Below the pieces are notes generated by a model. It was given only the letters and a program-made list of their open reading frames with translations, had not been told where the DNA came from and made no database searches. Source: Hyphochytrium catenoides (Eukaryota; Protista; Hyphochytriomycota). Taken from it: a DNA stretch of 33,703 nucleotides. The stretch spans positions 1 through 33,703 of the forward strand of contig FLMG01000938.1 of NCBI GenBank assembly GCA_900088475.1, read 5' to 3'. This document shows positions 1 through 11,992 of the stretch, in pieces. A program made the translations under genes and the position numbers. How positions within the stretch are numbered: position 1 is the first letter of the stretch; each line of letters opens with the position of its first letter.

Positions 1-3000
1 ATGAGTTTAGGATAATTGGCCGAAGAACATAATCTGCAGACACGAACAAAAGCTACGGGCAAAGTGAGTACAGAGAACATCAGTGAAACAGAGGTAGCCG
101 TCGTATGGAGGAAAATTCAGAGCCCCTTAACCGGCACACAGGCACTTTTCCTCAAAATTATCCCTCTCAGAACCACCGCCGAATTAGCTTCTAAGATCAG
201 AATGTCCCTTGCTCTCTACTGACTCGATAGCAATCTTAAAGGGTCCACCTCCGCCTCCAAGGATCCCAACACCGTCAGTGGAACCCACCATCGACTCTCG
301 TCCCTCTGTTCTCGTACGTTGTAGCTCTCCCTCAACATCCTACACGGCTCCCAGTCTTTTATCTCATACGTACCGGTCCGCAAGATCCCATACTACTCGT
401 GGAAAATTTCCCATCAATAAGCCCTCGATACCAGCCGAGAATGTCTGCCTCATAGACAGACCCGGAGGCTGGCCAACAGAATATGGACGATTAGCAGCAT
501 AGCTACCGCAAATGAGAATCCCGAGACAGTATACTGAGCACCAGATGGAAGGCGAGGCTTCTTTGAATAAAATGAACGAAGCTAGGGACGACACATAGAA
601 TAACTGGGTGAAGCTCAGCCCCTCTAATTCTCGTAGATTACCCTACCTGTCCGGTATTGCTGTGCCGCCAATGGTGGCTTCTGGTTAAAAGTTGGAAGTG
701 AAGAGAGACAATAAGCACATTGTCATCCTTACACAGTCAAGAATTAGCTGCTTCCCCCATGCTCCAGACAAGCTCCTCTCTCTCCTTAGACTTGCTCCCT
801 CTAGTTCAGGTCTCCTCTTCTTGGTCCTTTTCATCTAATCACCTGTAGATCACTTGCCCCTGGAAAAGCATCTGTAGGTATTTCGCGTGTTTTGCCTGGC
901 CTGGGAGGGGCCAGCAAGGAGCTACCCTCCGCCGTCTGAGCGTATCTGGGAGAGTACTCGTGAATACTACTTTTGAAAGACTATAGAGCAAGGAGAATGT
1001 AAGGAAAAAGGGCCAATAGCCGTAAGGTGTCGGCCGAAGAAAGGCGTCGAGCTCCGGCCGGAGGTTCAGAACACTGGGCTGTCACATTTGCAGCGTCTTA
1101 CCGTTCAGTATCCTCTCCGGCACCCTCCGACTTGGACTAAGTAGATCAGGAGAGCGTCAGGTGCAAAGCTACTCAGCCCTTTTCCGGCATCAAAGCGTCT
1201 GCGTGCACTCCCTCTCGGTCCACTGGCTATTCTAACCCACCTCTGCTCAATCTAGACTATAAGTCTAGAGTACCTCACCTCTGCTTGAAATTCATCTTCT
1301 AGATGCTGCTGGTCTGAAGCCATTCCACCTAAACTGTGTCCTCCAGCGCTCTCTTGTGAGCCTAAACTGGCACTAAGGCTCTCATCGGACGTTCTTTGGT
1401 CCCCAGATATCTTTCCTCTACCTGAGAAGCCCATGATAACGACCATAAAGACGGAGTGAAAGGGGTGACATAAGTGGTAGTCCTACGGGGCATCTACACA
1501 GCAGGCCTAAAGTTTAGGTGCCCGTCGAACAGAAGAGCTCTTTCCCTTCCCATTAGCCTTATAGATTAGTGGATATACAGGCCTTCATAACTTGTTTACC
1601 TTCCTCTGGTTGCTCGCTGAAGTCGAGTTCGTCATCGGCAGTTTCCAGTTTCACGTCAACGTTAGCTCTCCTTGTCAAGGGAGAGAGGAAGAGCGGGGTG
1701 CGGGAGTAATAAGTGAGAGGGCCGTATTAAACGATAATTCAAGCGGTGACATGACAGGCTTAAGGTAGGACGGACTAGCTTACGTCAACGATGCCAGCGG
1801 GGTGTCTGACTGGCTTTCCCGTAGCTTATTCTTTTGAGCGTTGAGAGATAGGCGGCTGAAATTGTCTCGGAGCATGGGTGTTTTGCCTTCGCTATGCTGA
1901 AGGGTCAAGCCTTCAAGGGAAAGACTCTGCAGCTCCGTCTGCAGATTGCCGATGTAGGACTAAGCATTGAATATTGCGGGAGCAGATATGAAGAAGAAGG
2001 AAAGGGGAAGCAGGGTAAATATTGGACATAACATCCAGACTGACCTTGGGGTTGGCTGGTTCTCCTTGGACTTCTTCCTGCTGTTCGTTTGTCCTGCGCA
2101 AGGAAGGGTAGTGTGGTCAAAGACCGTTTACATGCCAAGGGTTCCCTCCTAATGACAGCTTACAGTCTACCCGGCTAGGTGTAAAACTAGCCCTAACTAG
2201 CAGGGAAGGGATCACAAACAGCCAAGCTACCGACTTGTGAAGGAGCACAAGGCGGGGCGAAACACTGGAAGATAGCGTCATGCTAACCTGTTCTTTTCCA
2301 GAAAGGCATTAAATAGGGGTTCATTCGGCATTTGGAGGACTTCTGGTGGAGGGACTATGTTCCAGAAAGGGTGCTGCACAAGCTCACTCCTACAATGTTC
2401 CTTCAGTGAGGACCAATCTCTACCAAGCAACATATTGGAGCTGTAGAAAGAGACGGAAGAAAGGGAGGTATAAAGCGGGCAGGTGACGAGGTCACTACCA
2501 ACACAGCCTTGAGCGGGAAGGTAATGCAAGGAAAGGAAAGAACGAGGAGAGATTTTGATGAGTGACCAGGTCAAACGCTTCCCAGGATCCTTTACTAAGA
2601 GCTTCTCGAGGAGATTTTGGAACTCTGGCGACTTGCCGCTGCAAATCTCGTCGTATGCCGGCTCTTCACTAAGAATCTGACACAAGCAAAATAGTGCTTA
2701 AACTCGAAAAGAGAAGAGGCGGACCCAGGCAAAGCTAGCAGCAGACGACCATAAGAATGACAGAACAGGCCGCCAGGCATTTCTTATTGATGTAGTCGGT
2801 AAGCTACCAAGAAGCGTGTAGGATGGCGTAGGTCAAGTCAAGTGATAACAGTTTTACCTTCTGTACCAGCTCATTGAAGCTGTTGGAGACAAACGGGGGC
2901 CTGCCCGTCGCAAGCTCACAGAGGACGCAGCCCTATGGCATACAGAATGAGGCAACAAGGAGATTATCCCAAATGCCAAGAGAAACGTGGCTCAGAAGAG

Positions 3001-4479
3001 CTATTAAAGAGACAGCTTTGGCCCCAGACAAGAAATATGTGGTAAGAGGTGAAGACCGTGCCGATCTGATCTCATGAAACAACCAGGAGGACTGAGCAAT
3101 GGAGTTATTCAAAAGAGAGGAAACCGAAGAGTCTACATTGCCTGCTCACCAGAGCCCAAAAGTCTGAAGCAAAACTGTGAACACCATCATCCATGAACAG
3201 CTCGGGGGCCATGTAGCAAGGAGTACCTCTACGCATCTACGTGAAGGGTGAGGGGACGAAGTCGTGCATCACAATAGATATGCCAGATAAGGCAGAGAGA
3301 GCCTGTTTAGAATGAGAGGTAGGAATATCAGGATCGGGGCTGGGTAAACATACCGCTGAAGACTTCGAAAGATTGGCTGTGGTTGGGATTCTTCTGGTCA
3401 GGCCACAATCGGCTAGCTGGAGAAAGAGTGAGAAATGTTCAGATAAGTAAAATGTGTTAAGAAAGAGCAAGCACAGCAGGAGAGAGGAGGAACGGAGGAC
3501 CTTTACATGAAGGGAAGAGTCCTAAGGAGGAAGTACTAAGGAAGGAAGGACAAAGCAGGCTAAGGAAGTTCTGGACCGTCTACTTCTCTACCTTGAGGAC
3601 TCCGTTGTCATCTATGAGGACGGAGGACGGCTTGAGGTCACAGAAGATGTAGCCCTTGCCATGCAAATATTGGAGTCCATGGAGCAAATCGGTCCCAAAC
3701 ACCTAATGATCAGGCGCGTAAGAGAGAGAAACGGGAGATAGGGAGAGAGAAGGAGCAAGGAAGAGAGAAAATGGACGATTGCGGAAGACATAGCAAGCCT
3801 CAGAACAGAAGTGCTCTAGTTCTCAGCGCTGGAGTCAATACTTTGCTTCTGCTGGAAGCCTTCCTGCTCTCTCTCTTCGTCCCTTCTTCTCCCAAAAGAG
3901 CACTTCGACTCGCCATAAAGTGAGGACAGTTACTCCCTTTTCCTTCCACTTCCTTCTGTACGCCACGCCCATCGCTAACCTTGATGCTCGTCTCCGGAAG
4001 CCTTTCGTCCCTCGTAAGGAGAGAGAGAAGGTCTCCTCCTGTGCAATATTCGACAATGATCCAGATGTGATTGCTGGTCTCGTACCAGGAGTGGAACTTC
4101 ATGATGTAAGGACTATCCAGCTTCCAGAGTATTTGAACCTCATTCTGCACCTGTTTGGGATATGAGAGACGATGGTCGGCGTGTTGCTTGAGAGGAAGCT
4201 GAGGATAAAGAGTGAGGAAAAGCAAAAGGAAAACTTGGGAAGAAGGGAGATCAAGAGACAGAGAGGCATGGACGAGCAAGAGAGAACTGCAACGACAATT
4301 ATAGAAAGCGAGAAAGTGAGCGAGAGAGATAGCAAAGTTCACTGATGAAGGACCTTCTGTTTCCTGCATTTCTCAACTCTTTTCACTGCGACAAACTCAA
4401 TCTTCTCTTTCTCTCTCCCCTTGTACACTTCCGAGTACTTGCCGCTGCCAATCTTTGTGTAGATGTGGAAGCGATCCAT
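1..4479 (-). CDS. ULK4: ULK4/RUNKEL-family serine/threonine (pseudo)kinase, multi-exon, 3' end outside the window
   Basis: Phase-consistent exons 4479-4354, 4150-3980, 3702-3592, 3416-3354, 3236-3150, 2932-2858, 2676-2567, 2389-2288, 2093-2045, 1959-1784, 1670-1600, 1421-1279, then less certain exons, and 52-1. Translation: MDRFHIYTKIGSGKYSEVYKGREKEKIEFVAVK...FHSWYETSNHIWIIVEYCTGGDL...FCDLKPSSVLIDDNGVLKLADCGL...RGTPCYMAPELFMDDGVHSFASDFWALGC...HPFW. WYETSNH, the post-kinase motifs FSRLSLNAQKN and DVKLETADDELDF, and LLFVSADYVLRPII match ULK4/RUNKEL family motifs recalled from memory. Confidence 0.9.
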
Positions 4480-4916
4480 GCTTCCCCTGAGACGTGAGCT
4501 CGGTCTCTTGGAGACTAGATGCTCGGGACGAAGAGATGAGGATCAGAAAGAATAAGAACCGAAGGCTATGCCAGAAGCGGCCAGCACTTGGGGAGAGGAA
4601 GGTGAGTGAGTTTTTGACAGGCAGCCTTCATCAGTCGTGTGAACAAGGTAGGGGCTCCGTCGCCGCCTTGGCCTCCTCTTGCGAGTGGGCTTTTCAATTA
4701 CTCTGACTCTTCGGCTTTCTCCATCTCTCCTTTCCCTGACTTCGCCTGACAGGAGAGGACTGCAGGGCAGATGTGAATTGCTGGCTTTCTCAATATAATC
4801 CACCACTCTGACCGCAGGTGTCTTGTGATGGCTCTTCTGATGGCAAGGAAGTACAAGGGAGCCGTCGCAGCGAAGAAAGATAACGAACCAAAGCGTGAGA
4901 GCCAGAGGAAAGAGAG

Positions 4917-4918
4917 AA

Positions 4919-4972
<54 letters not shown>

Positions 4973-4988
4973 AGAGAGAGAAAGAGAA
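4917..4988. repeat. (GA)n microsatellite between the divergent ULK4 and THOC3 start codons
   Basis: Long, nearly pure GA dinucleotide run visible directly in the sequence. Confidence 0.95.
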
Positions 4989-5581
4989 TGCGGGCGTGCC
5001 CTTTCCATTTTCCTCCTGTCAGATCCTTTCGATCTTTTGCATAACAATTTTGAACATCTCCTTCGCCGCTCGACTTATTGGCCCACCCATCCCTCATTAT
5101 ATATTCCTTTAGAGCAAACCCATCCGCCGCTCTGTTCTGATCGTAATCCGCCCTACTAAACACTGGGACTGAGGTCAGAAGAGCTTGAACTCCAAGGGAA
5201 GCGACCAGGAACGTGAGAAGAGAGAGGAGCGAAGAGAGGAGAGATGCATTGACAGCATCATCGCATCCGATCAGCGGCAACGACCCAGATAGGACAGCGA
5301 AGACCTAAGCAGAAGGTCAGTGTGGAGGTCGTCTAAGAGCCTCACAGTACCGCAGATAGGGCTACCGGCAACTGGTGGAAGTTTGATTCACACGCACTGG
5401 CCCGCCGCCATTCGCACATCGGAAGACCTTCCAGAAAGTACAAGAGACACGTTGAAGAAGCCCACGAAGGGGCAAGGCCAGCATTGAGCCGTAGTCAAGC
5501 AACCCGTGAGAAGAAAAGCGGCAAAGATCTTAACGAGTAGTCTCCGGAGGATCGCCAGGGAGTAGTTACATAGAAGCAATA

Positions 5582-8412
5582 ATGGGTGTACAGGAATACG
5601 ACGGCATGAGGCTGCTGGAACCTGAGACGCTCGTTGGACACGCCAAGAAGGCAAGTTACATTCTAAAGCTAAGACAGCATACTGGGTTCCTATCCAGCTG
5701 TAGAAGATGTGTATCCGTCTATTACCCGAGAGAAGAAAGACTCTTCTGCTGCTGGCGCTGCTCTTTGCCACTTCTTCTTGTTGCTCCGCCTATGGGCTGC
5801 CTATTTACTTATACTTCTGTCGCTCTTGTCATTGCTCTCAGTCATTCAGCAGATCTTCACTGCACGCTTCCTTCTGTCTCTTTTCTGACTCTTCGGCTCA
5901 TCTACACCCGCTCCCCTCGTTCTTCCTCTGTGGCTTCGCCTTTGACTGCTCATTCGATCTTTCCGACCAATCTTCTGGTTCCAGGTGCACTCAGTGGGCT
6001 GGAATTGCACAGGGACGCGCTTGGCATCTGGATCTGTAGACAAATCGGTCCGCCTTTGGAGTGTTGACCGGCATGGGCATGTACGGCTAGCCTTGTCCTA
6101 TTAGCTTTCTTACGTGTCTCCACATATTGACTGCACTTCTCGTCATTTTCGCTCCTACTTCTTCTCTTACTTTTGCTTTCCCAGACTGTTTCTCACAACT
6201 CTCATTCGTGGATCTCGGTCATCCATTCCTCACTTGTTATTATACTTTCCCTCTCTGAATATCCTTAACCCGCGTCTCTCATTGTCTCCCACTCTCTCTT
6301 GCTTGCTCTCTTTCTCTCGCTTGCTCTCTCCCTCTCTCTTTCTCTTCTTCTTCTTTTTGCCCTCTCTTCCCTAACTTCTTCTTCTATCAAATAACATCGC
6401 CATATAGGGAAAGGAAGTGAGTGAGCTGCGAGGACACAGTGACTCTGTTGACCAGCTTTGCTGGGACCCCCTTCACAGTGATCGGCTGGCCTCAGCTTCA
6501 GCTGACAAGACAGTCAGACTATGGGACTCGAGAAGTAGGTGTACCAGACAGGGATCTTTGTCACCTAAGTGGAGGAGCCGAAGCGGGAAGGAGAGCACTA
6601 AGATATTCTGAACATATGTGCTCAGTCTTATGGATACAAGGGGATTTGGGATCCGACATCCCAGTAATGACCCGGACACTGTTTGACCCCACTTGCTGCC
6701 TTGCCTCTTTCTTTCTCTCGTTTTTACTCTCCCTATCTGCCGCCCATCACTATCCCTATGCCTCCATCTACCTTAGCCGGCAAGCAGACCCATTCAATTA
6801 CTACCGTGGGGGAGAACATCAATATTGCTTGGAGTCCAGACGGGCAGTACATTGCCGTGGGCAACAAGGAAGACTGCATCAGCATCATTGACACTAGGAA
6901 ATACAGAGTCATCAAGAAGTCTGTTTTCAAGTATGAGGTGAGCGAGTTCATTGTCCGCTAATTCCCCGATTCGCGGAAGATCATCAAGTTATGATTGGAC
7001 TATTATGTACGACTTCCCTTCGTCCTCCCATGTATGCTGCATGGACACGCACTTCCAAGGTCTCACTCTCACTTAAGAGGCTGTTGTCAGGCGTAGAGCT
7101 GAAATGTGCATCTTATAGGTCAATGAATTTACCTGGGATCGAACGGGTAACTTTTTCTACCTGACCAGTGGTAAGTTTCTTTACCGATCTTCAAGATTGT
7201 ATGGGGCCTATAAACTTGATGCTTTGTTTACTATTATGTGTCTTCTGCCTGTCTCTCTCGCCTCAACGCTACGTTTGTGGGTGGTGGGCCCTCGCTTCGA
7301 CTTCTGTCCATTGTGGTACTACTGTCGGGCTATCGACATGCGCCGCAGGTCTCTTCCATTTGCCGTTCTCTCCACTTTGTGCCTCGGTATTCGACTTTCT
7401 AACTCTCCTCGAATTATTGCGTATACTTCTTGCGCTATTTGGCGGCAAATGGCTTCACCTGCTTATCTATCTAGTTTAACTAGTAGTTGCCGACAGCTCA
7501 CAAGCCGTTGTTGCCCCAATCTCACGTCTTTTCGCTGTGCTGTCACGGCACCTCTTTAACGTCCAAACTTATCAGGCCAACCCAACGGTCGAGGCACCAT
7601 AGAAGCTCATCGCTTTTCAAGAGATTCCTTAGATCACGCTTATACGGTAAGTCCCAGTAGCAGCTGAGCTAGCTAAGATCGAAGGATAGTAGTGTACGGC
7701 TGAGAGCCAATTGAAATATGCCATGGCCACGAAGGATGTGCTAGGAGGGTAAACAGGTCCTATCAACCCCATGCCGCGTGGCCGCCAAAGTAGAAATCTA
7801 AGGAAGTAGCGCGGAAGTAGCGTNNNNNNNNNNNNNNNNNNNNNNNNNNNNNNNNATTCAACTGTCTGTAGATTGAAGCACATCCATCAAGCTGTTATTG
7901 CCTCGAATTCGACTCTTCAGGGCGCTACCTTGCCGTCGGCAGCGCCGATTCGATCGTGAGCCTCTGGGATATGGAAGACGTCGTTTGCATGAGGACAATG
8001 TCGCGACTAGAGTAAGTAGCTTAAACGAAGAGTGGAGCTTGTTCCCTTTTACTTGTTAACCTCGTGGTTCTATTATGCAGATATCCGGTAAGGACCCTCA
8101 GTTTTAGTCACGACGGACGGCTGTTAGCAGCAGCATCCGAAGACTTGCTCATAGATGTTGTAAGTGCAATTGTTTTTCCTTCCGGCTATTTTTATTATTG
8201 GTTCTCTCTGCTAACTGCTTATTCCTCAGGCCGACGCCAAGACAGGGGAAAGAGCTTTTGCCATAGAATGCAAGGCAGCCATGAACTCTGTAGCTTGGCA
8301 CCCGAAGCAGCTGATAATAGCATTCGCAGGGGATGAGAAGGAAACTGACAGTAGAGGACGGGAAGTCCAGGGAATGGTTCGGGTCGTCGCTGTGCAGTCA
8401 ATGACAAGCTGA
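5582..8412 (+). CDS. THOC3: THO complex subunit 3 (TEX1), WD40 protein, 9 exons, ~325 aa
   Basis: Exons 5582-5650, 5985-6080, 6408-6534, 6777-6937, 7119-7170, 7576-7646, 7872-8011, 8081-8159, 8230-8412 join in frame. Translation: GHAKKVHSVGWNCTGTRLASGSVDK...LRGHSDSVDQLCWDP...GENINIAWSPDGQYIAVGNKED...FKYEVNEFTW...AHPSSCYCLEFD...GSADSIVSLWD...YPVRTLSFSHDGRLLAAASED...VAWHPK. These are characteristic THOC3 motifs. Confidence 0.95.
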
Positions 8413-8574
8413 AAGTAATTCTACTCTGACAACTGTAATGACATGTTGTGAGGAAAGGAAGCTTACCATATAGTTAGATGATCGAGCAATGGAGAAGGAC
8501 CCGGGCACGACCTCTCCTCTCCGCATCCTGTTTCCAAACATGAGCCTTCCGCATCAAGAGCCATTTTATCTCTG

Positions 8575-9140
8575 CCTACCAGAGAACCTTGGTATAGCGC
8601 GCCGGTGAATACATTGATAACCATCTGCCGTTATAGAGCTGTCGCTATATCCTCCACAANNNNNNCACACTACTATTATTATTTATTCGCATGCCAACTT
8701 GCAAAGATGTCGGCTGGCTCAAAACCTGCTGGAGATGCGATCCACTCTTCACATCCAGAAGCATCCTATAGAAGCGGGGAAGTCAAACCGCGGCTCTACT
8801 TCAGGGTTCCTCTGGCTCCTCGCGTCAGTCGCTGCGGACCGACCGGTACTTCGCTCTATAAATGACAGGCGCATAGAGCGGGGGCATGAAATGTACCAGC
8901 ACTTCTATTCTACCTTTCCGACATGCAAGGAAGCCATCCCCTAGAACTACCGCATCATTTTTACTTCTGTTAAGTCCTAGTAATAATTAGGGCCGTGAGA
9001 ACTCTACCGGTTCTACGGCGCCATTGTTGACACAGTGGCTACCGCTTCCCCTGATAACAAGTGATAGATACTAGTTCTACGTCCCGGTCTACTGGTACAA
9101 CTACCACCACACCAACCTACTCTTGACGCCCATCACCAGC
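8575..9140 (+). mobile_element. Degenerate DDE transposase relic (integrase-core / IS3EU-like), with frameshifts and stops
   Basis: Collinear decayed motifs across shifting frames: YSAPVNTL, YIDNHLPL*SCRYILH, KHP..GKSNRGST, RSINDRRIER..MYQHFYSTF, LLTQWLPLPLITSD, WYNYHH..TP. They resemble Y.V.GPN.LWHIDG.HKL...IH, P..vRsD.G.EN, S.HNQRIERLW, l.qwlF.p and WN.H of eukaryotic integrase-core transposases. Confidence 0.5.
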
Positions 9141-9326
9141 CACCCGCGTAGCTCTACCTATATTATTATCATAGAAGTCGTTAGTTCTTTGTTTCCTCCG
9201 TAGGCCACACAGGCTTCTTCTAATGTAATAGGGGAAGTGTGGTTAGAAGATATACAGCGATGATGATGTGCCAGCAGGTCAACATAGCATCCAAACTGGT
9301 ACAGTGTAACCGGTCTCGACGACTCG

Positions 9327-9470
9327 TATTTTCTGCTGCTAGTGTGCAGAGGATAGTCTATCGAGAACTATCATGCGTAGTGATAGTGTACCGCGAGGAT
9401 TATTTTCTGCTGCTAGTGTGCAGAGGATAGTCTATCGAGAACTATCATGCGTAGTGATAGTGTACCGCGA
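9327..9470. repeat. Perfect 70-bp direct duplication with a 4-bp spacer
   Basis: 9327-9396 and 9401-9470 are identical (TATTTTCTGCTGCTAGTG...GTGTACCGCGA) and are separated by GGAT. Confidence 0.95.
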
Positions 9471-11992
9471 TCCTCCTGCCACTGATACCCTATAATAATA
9501 CTGCTTCTTCTTCTTCTTTCACTTCTTCTTTATAATTCCTAGCTATAGAGTAGTAGTAGCTATATAAAAGAATAATTCTAGAAGAAGCAATCCTCAACTA
9601 ATCGTACGAGTACTTTACAAAAGTAATACCCATGTAAGGCTTAGAACTATTTATTGTAGTTTTAACAGACTGAGAAGGTCCAGTAGTCCTCGTTATTAGT
9701 TTCGTTCTTCTGAAGGCAGTTTCTATAGACCCAGCTCCTCGATGACAGAAAGTGTACCGATTCCTCACTTTTTTGTTCAGAACACGCATGCAATAATCGC
9801 AATAAAACAGGACCTACACTACTAAATAAGCCTCACTAAATAAGACAAATCCCTCTCGTACAGGAAGGCCTCTTTCTACTCTACTCATCACTGAACTGTT
9901 ACGAGTGGCGTTTTGCATAGTGTACGTTAGATAGAGGCGCATGTAAAGGGGAGGTAAAGTACATAGTAAGTAGAACTTGCATCAGAACAGGTTTGTCGGT
10001 ACGATCCATCCCTTCATTCATCTGCAATACTGTAGGTCAGTTAGAACTAGTATCTCCTTATTATTCCTTTAGTCGTAGTGGTAGCGGGAATCCTGTAGAG
10101 AGAGAGAAATGAAACTTCAATCTTAGACTTTTATTTTTCACATAGCTTACAAGTTTTTTTTGTCCGCTTGCTAATTCACAGACAGCAATTGAGAGTTATT
10201 CCGTATGTTTATAAAATTATAAATGAAGAGTGAAAAAAATTAGCAGAAACGTGTGAAGTGAGATGTCAACATTGCCATATCTGCCAGAAGCTGAACTGTC
10301 ATGATATCCCACAATGTTTCGCGAATTTTTGAGTATCCAGTTTTGTGGTCCAAGATGGCCTATCAGGCCTATCAGAGTCCCTTTTTCTGCGTGGACCTGT
10401 CAGCCCCCTTTGTGCCACTGTAAGACTGGACGACTATTTAACAGCAGCTACAAAATAATATGCCTGGAGATTTGAGTACTTATAGTCCTCCATGTATTAA
10501 GGTGCCTGACATAGTAATACCATATTGAATGCCAGAAACCCGGAAATAAGGGAGGAAAGGTGGGTGTGGCTTTTTTCGTACCGCAAGTGCAGGTCAGTTT
10601 TGGTCTTAGTCCTTTTAAAGTTACCCACACCCTACTTCTCAATCCTTCTCCGACAATCAGGCCTAATCCATTCACTTTTGAAGACAAATAACTCAATCAT
10701 AATCCGGCCCGAAGCCGCTCATCCCTGCCTTCTTTGATGCTGCAGGTGATGGGTCAACCGTCTAAGTGTATCCTCTCTAATGTTAGCTATAGAGAGAGCG
10801 ACCTCGAAGGTAAACGACTCCGCCCTTTTCCCTCCTTGACTCTGTCTATGTCCGCCGCGTCTCTCTTGATCACTCTGTCTGACTCCATTCCCTTACTCCA
10901 TCATGTAATTGCCCTAGTGAAGTATATCTCAGCCATGTCTGATTCACGAGCTATAGGTTCGTAACCCTTTTTATCTCCCAATTCCTACCTCGAAGAGCAC
11001 CCACCTTCAGGCCCTTCCTTCTTCTCTTTCCTTTCTTGACTATCTTGCCCTTCAACAGAAATGACAGGAAAGCCCACAGACGGGGGAGGGGTGGGGAGAC
11101 AGGACAACCTTGAGAAAAGACAGAACTGATGAGATGAGATGAGATGAGACAGAGTGATGTAAGAAAGGGGAAGACTAACTGGCTGCAGAAGGGTAAAAAG
11201 ACGGAAAATGGTCCTTTGGAATGGGAGAGATAGATAAGAAGAGAGATAGGATGGATGACCAATAATGGGTAAGACAGAGCACCCTGTTCCCTCTCCTTTC
11301 CAATAAGCTGATATCCTCAACATTAAGTAAGAGGTGAGAAAAAAAAAGAATTGTGTTGAGTGTCCCCATATCTCTCCATAGGATTCGGGATATATATCAC
11401 AAAATGCAGTAGTATTACGTATGTAGAACAATTCCATCTTGGTAATCAAGAATGGAAGGCTATCTGTCTTGCTATGTGGCCGGCACGGCTGGCCAAAAGT
11501 GTTGCTCCTATGATAAACTTCGAGTGGGCGACCTAGTGGAAGTTCCCTCGCGCTTCGTAGGTGAAGCCATCAAAGCAGTTATAAAGTGCAAGCCAGAGTC
11601 AACAGCACAGAGACATAACCAAAGAGGAGGACTAACAAGAGAGGAGAGAGCGTACACTGAGAAGCGACAGGGAGCAGCGGACGGCGAGCTTCCGGACGCT
11701 GCCAGAGTCGTAGCCGTAGCATCTGGGACCTTCTTCCTGAAGACCATGCTCTGACGGAATATAGAAGTAGAGAATCCATGCTGAATGGCCTCGCAGAAGG
11801 AGCTGAAGCTCTCCTAAAAGCTGCTGTTATCAGAAGACAAGATAGCGGCCTTCGCTTGTGCTGGTCTCATCAAATCAGACTCCTTGTTGTCAGAGAACCA
11901 TGGCACGAAGGGAACCCCACTAAAGTGGAGCAGGCTCACTCCCGCCGGGAGCAATCCACTTTGGAATCTTGGCCCGAAGAGCCCCACTGACA

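Noticed and set aside
4543-5280. 245-aa ORF and overlapping ORFs containing SLSLSL/ERERER
   Set aside because: They stay open largely because of the GA microsatellite and CT-rich tracts, and show no domain signal.
9598-9789. hAT-like motif (KPYMGITF) in a 63-aa minus ORF
   Set aside because: A single weak motif with no supporting catalytic context.
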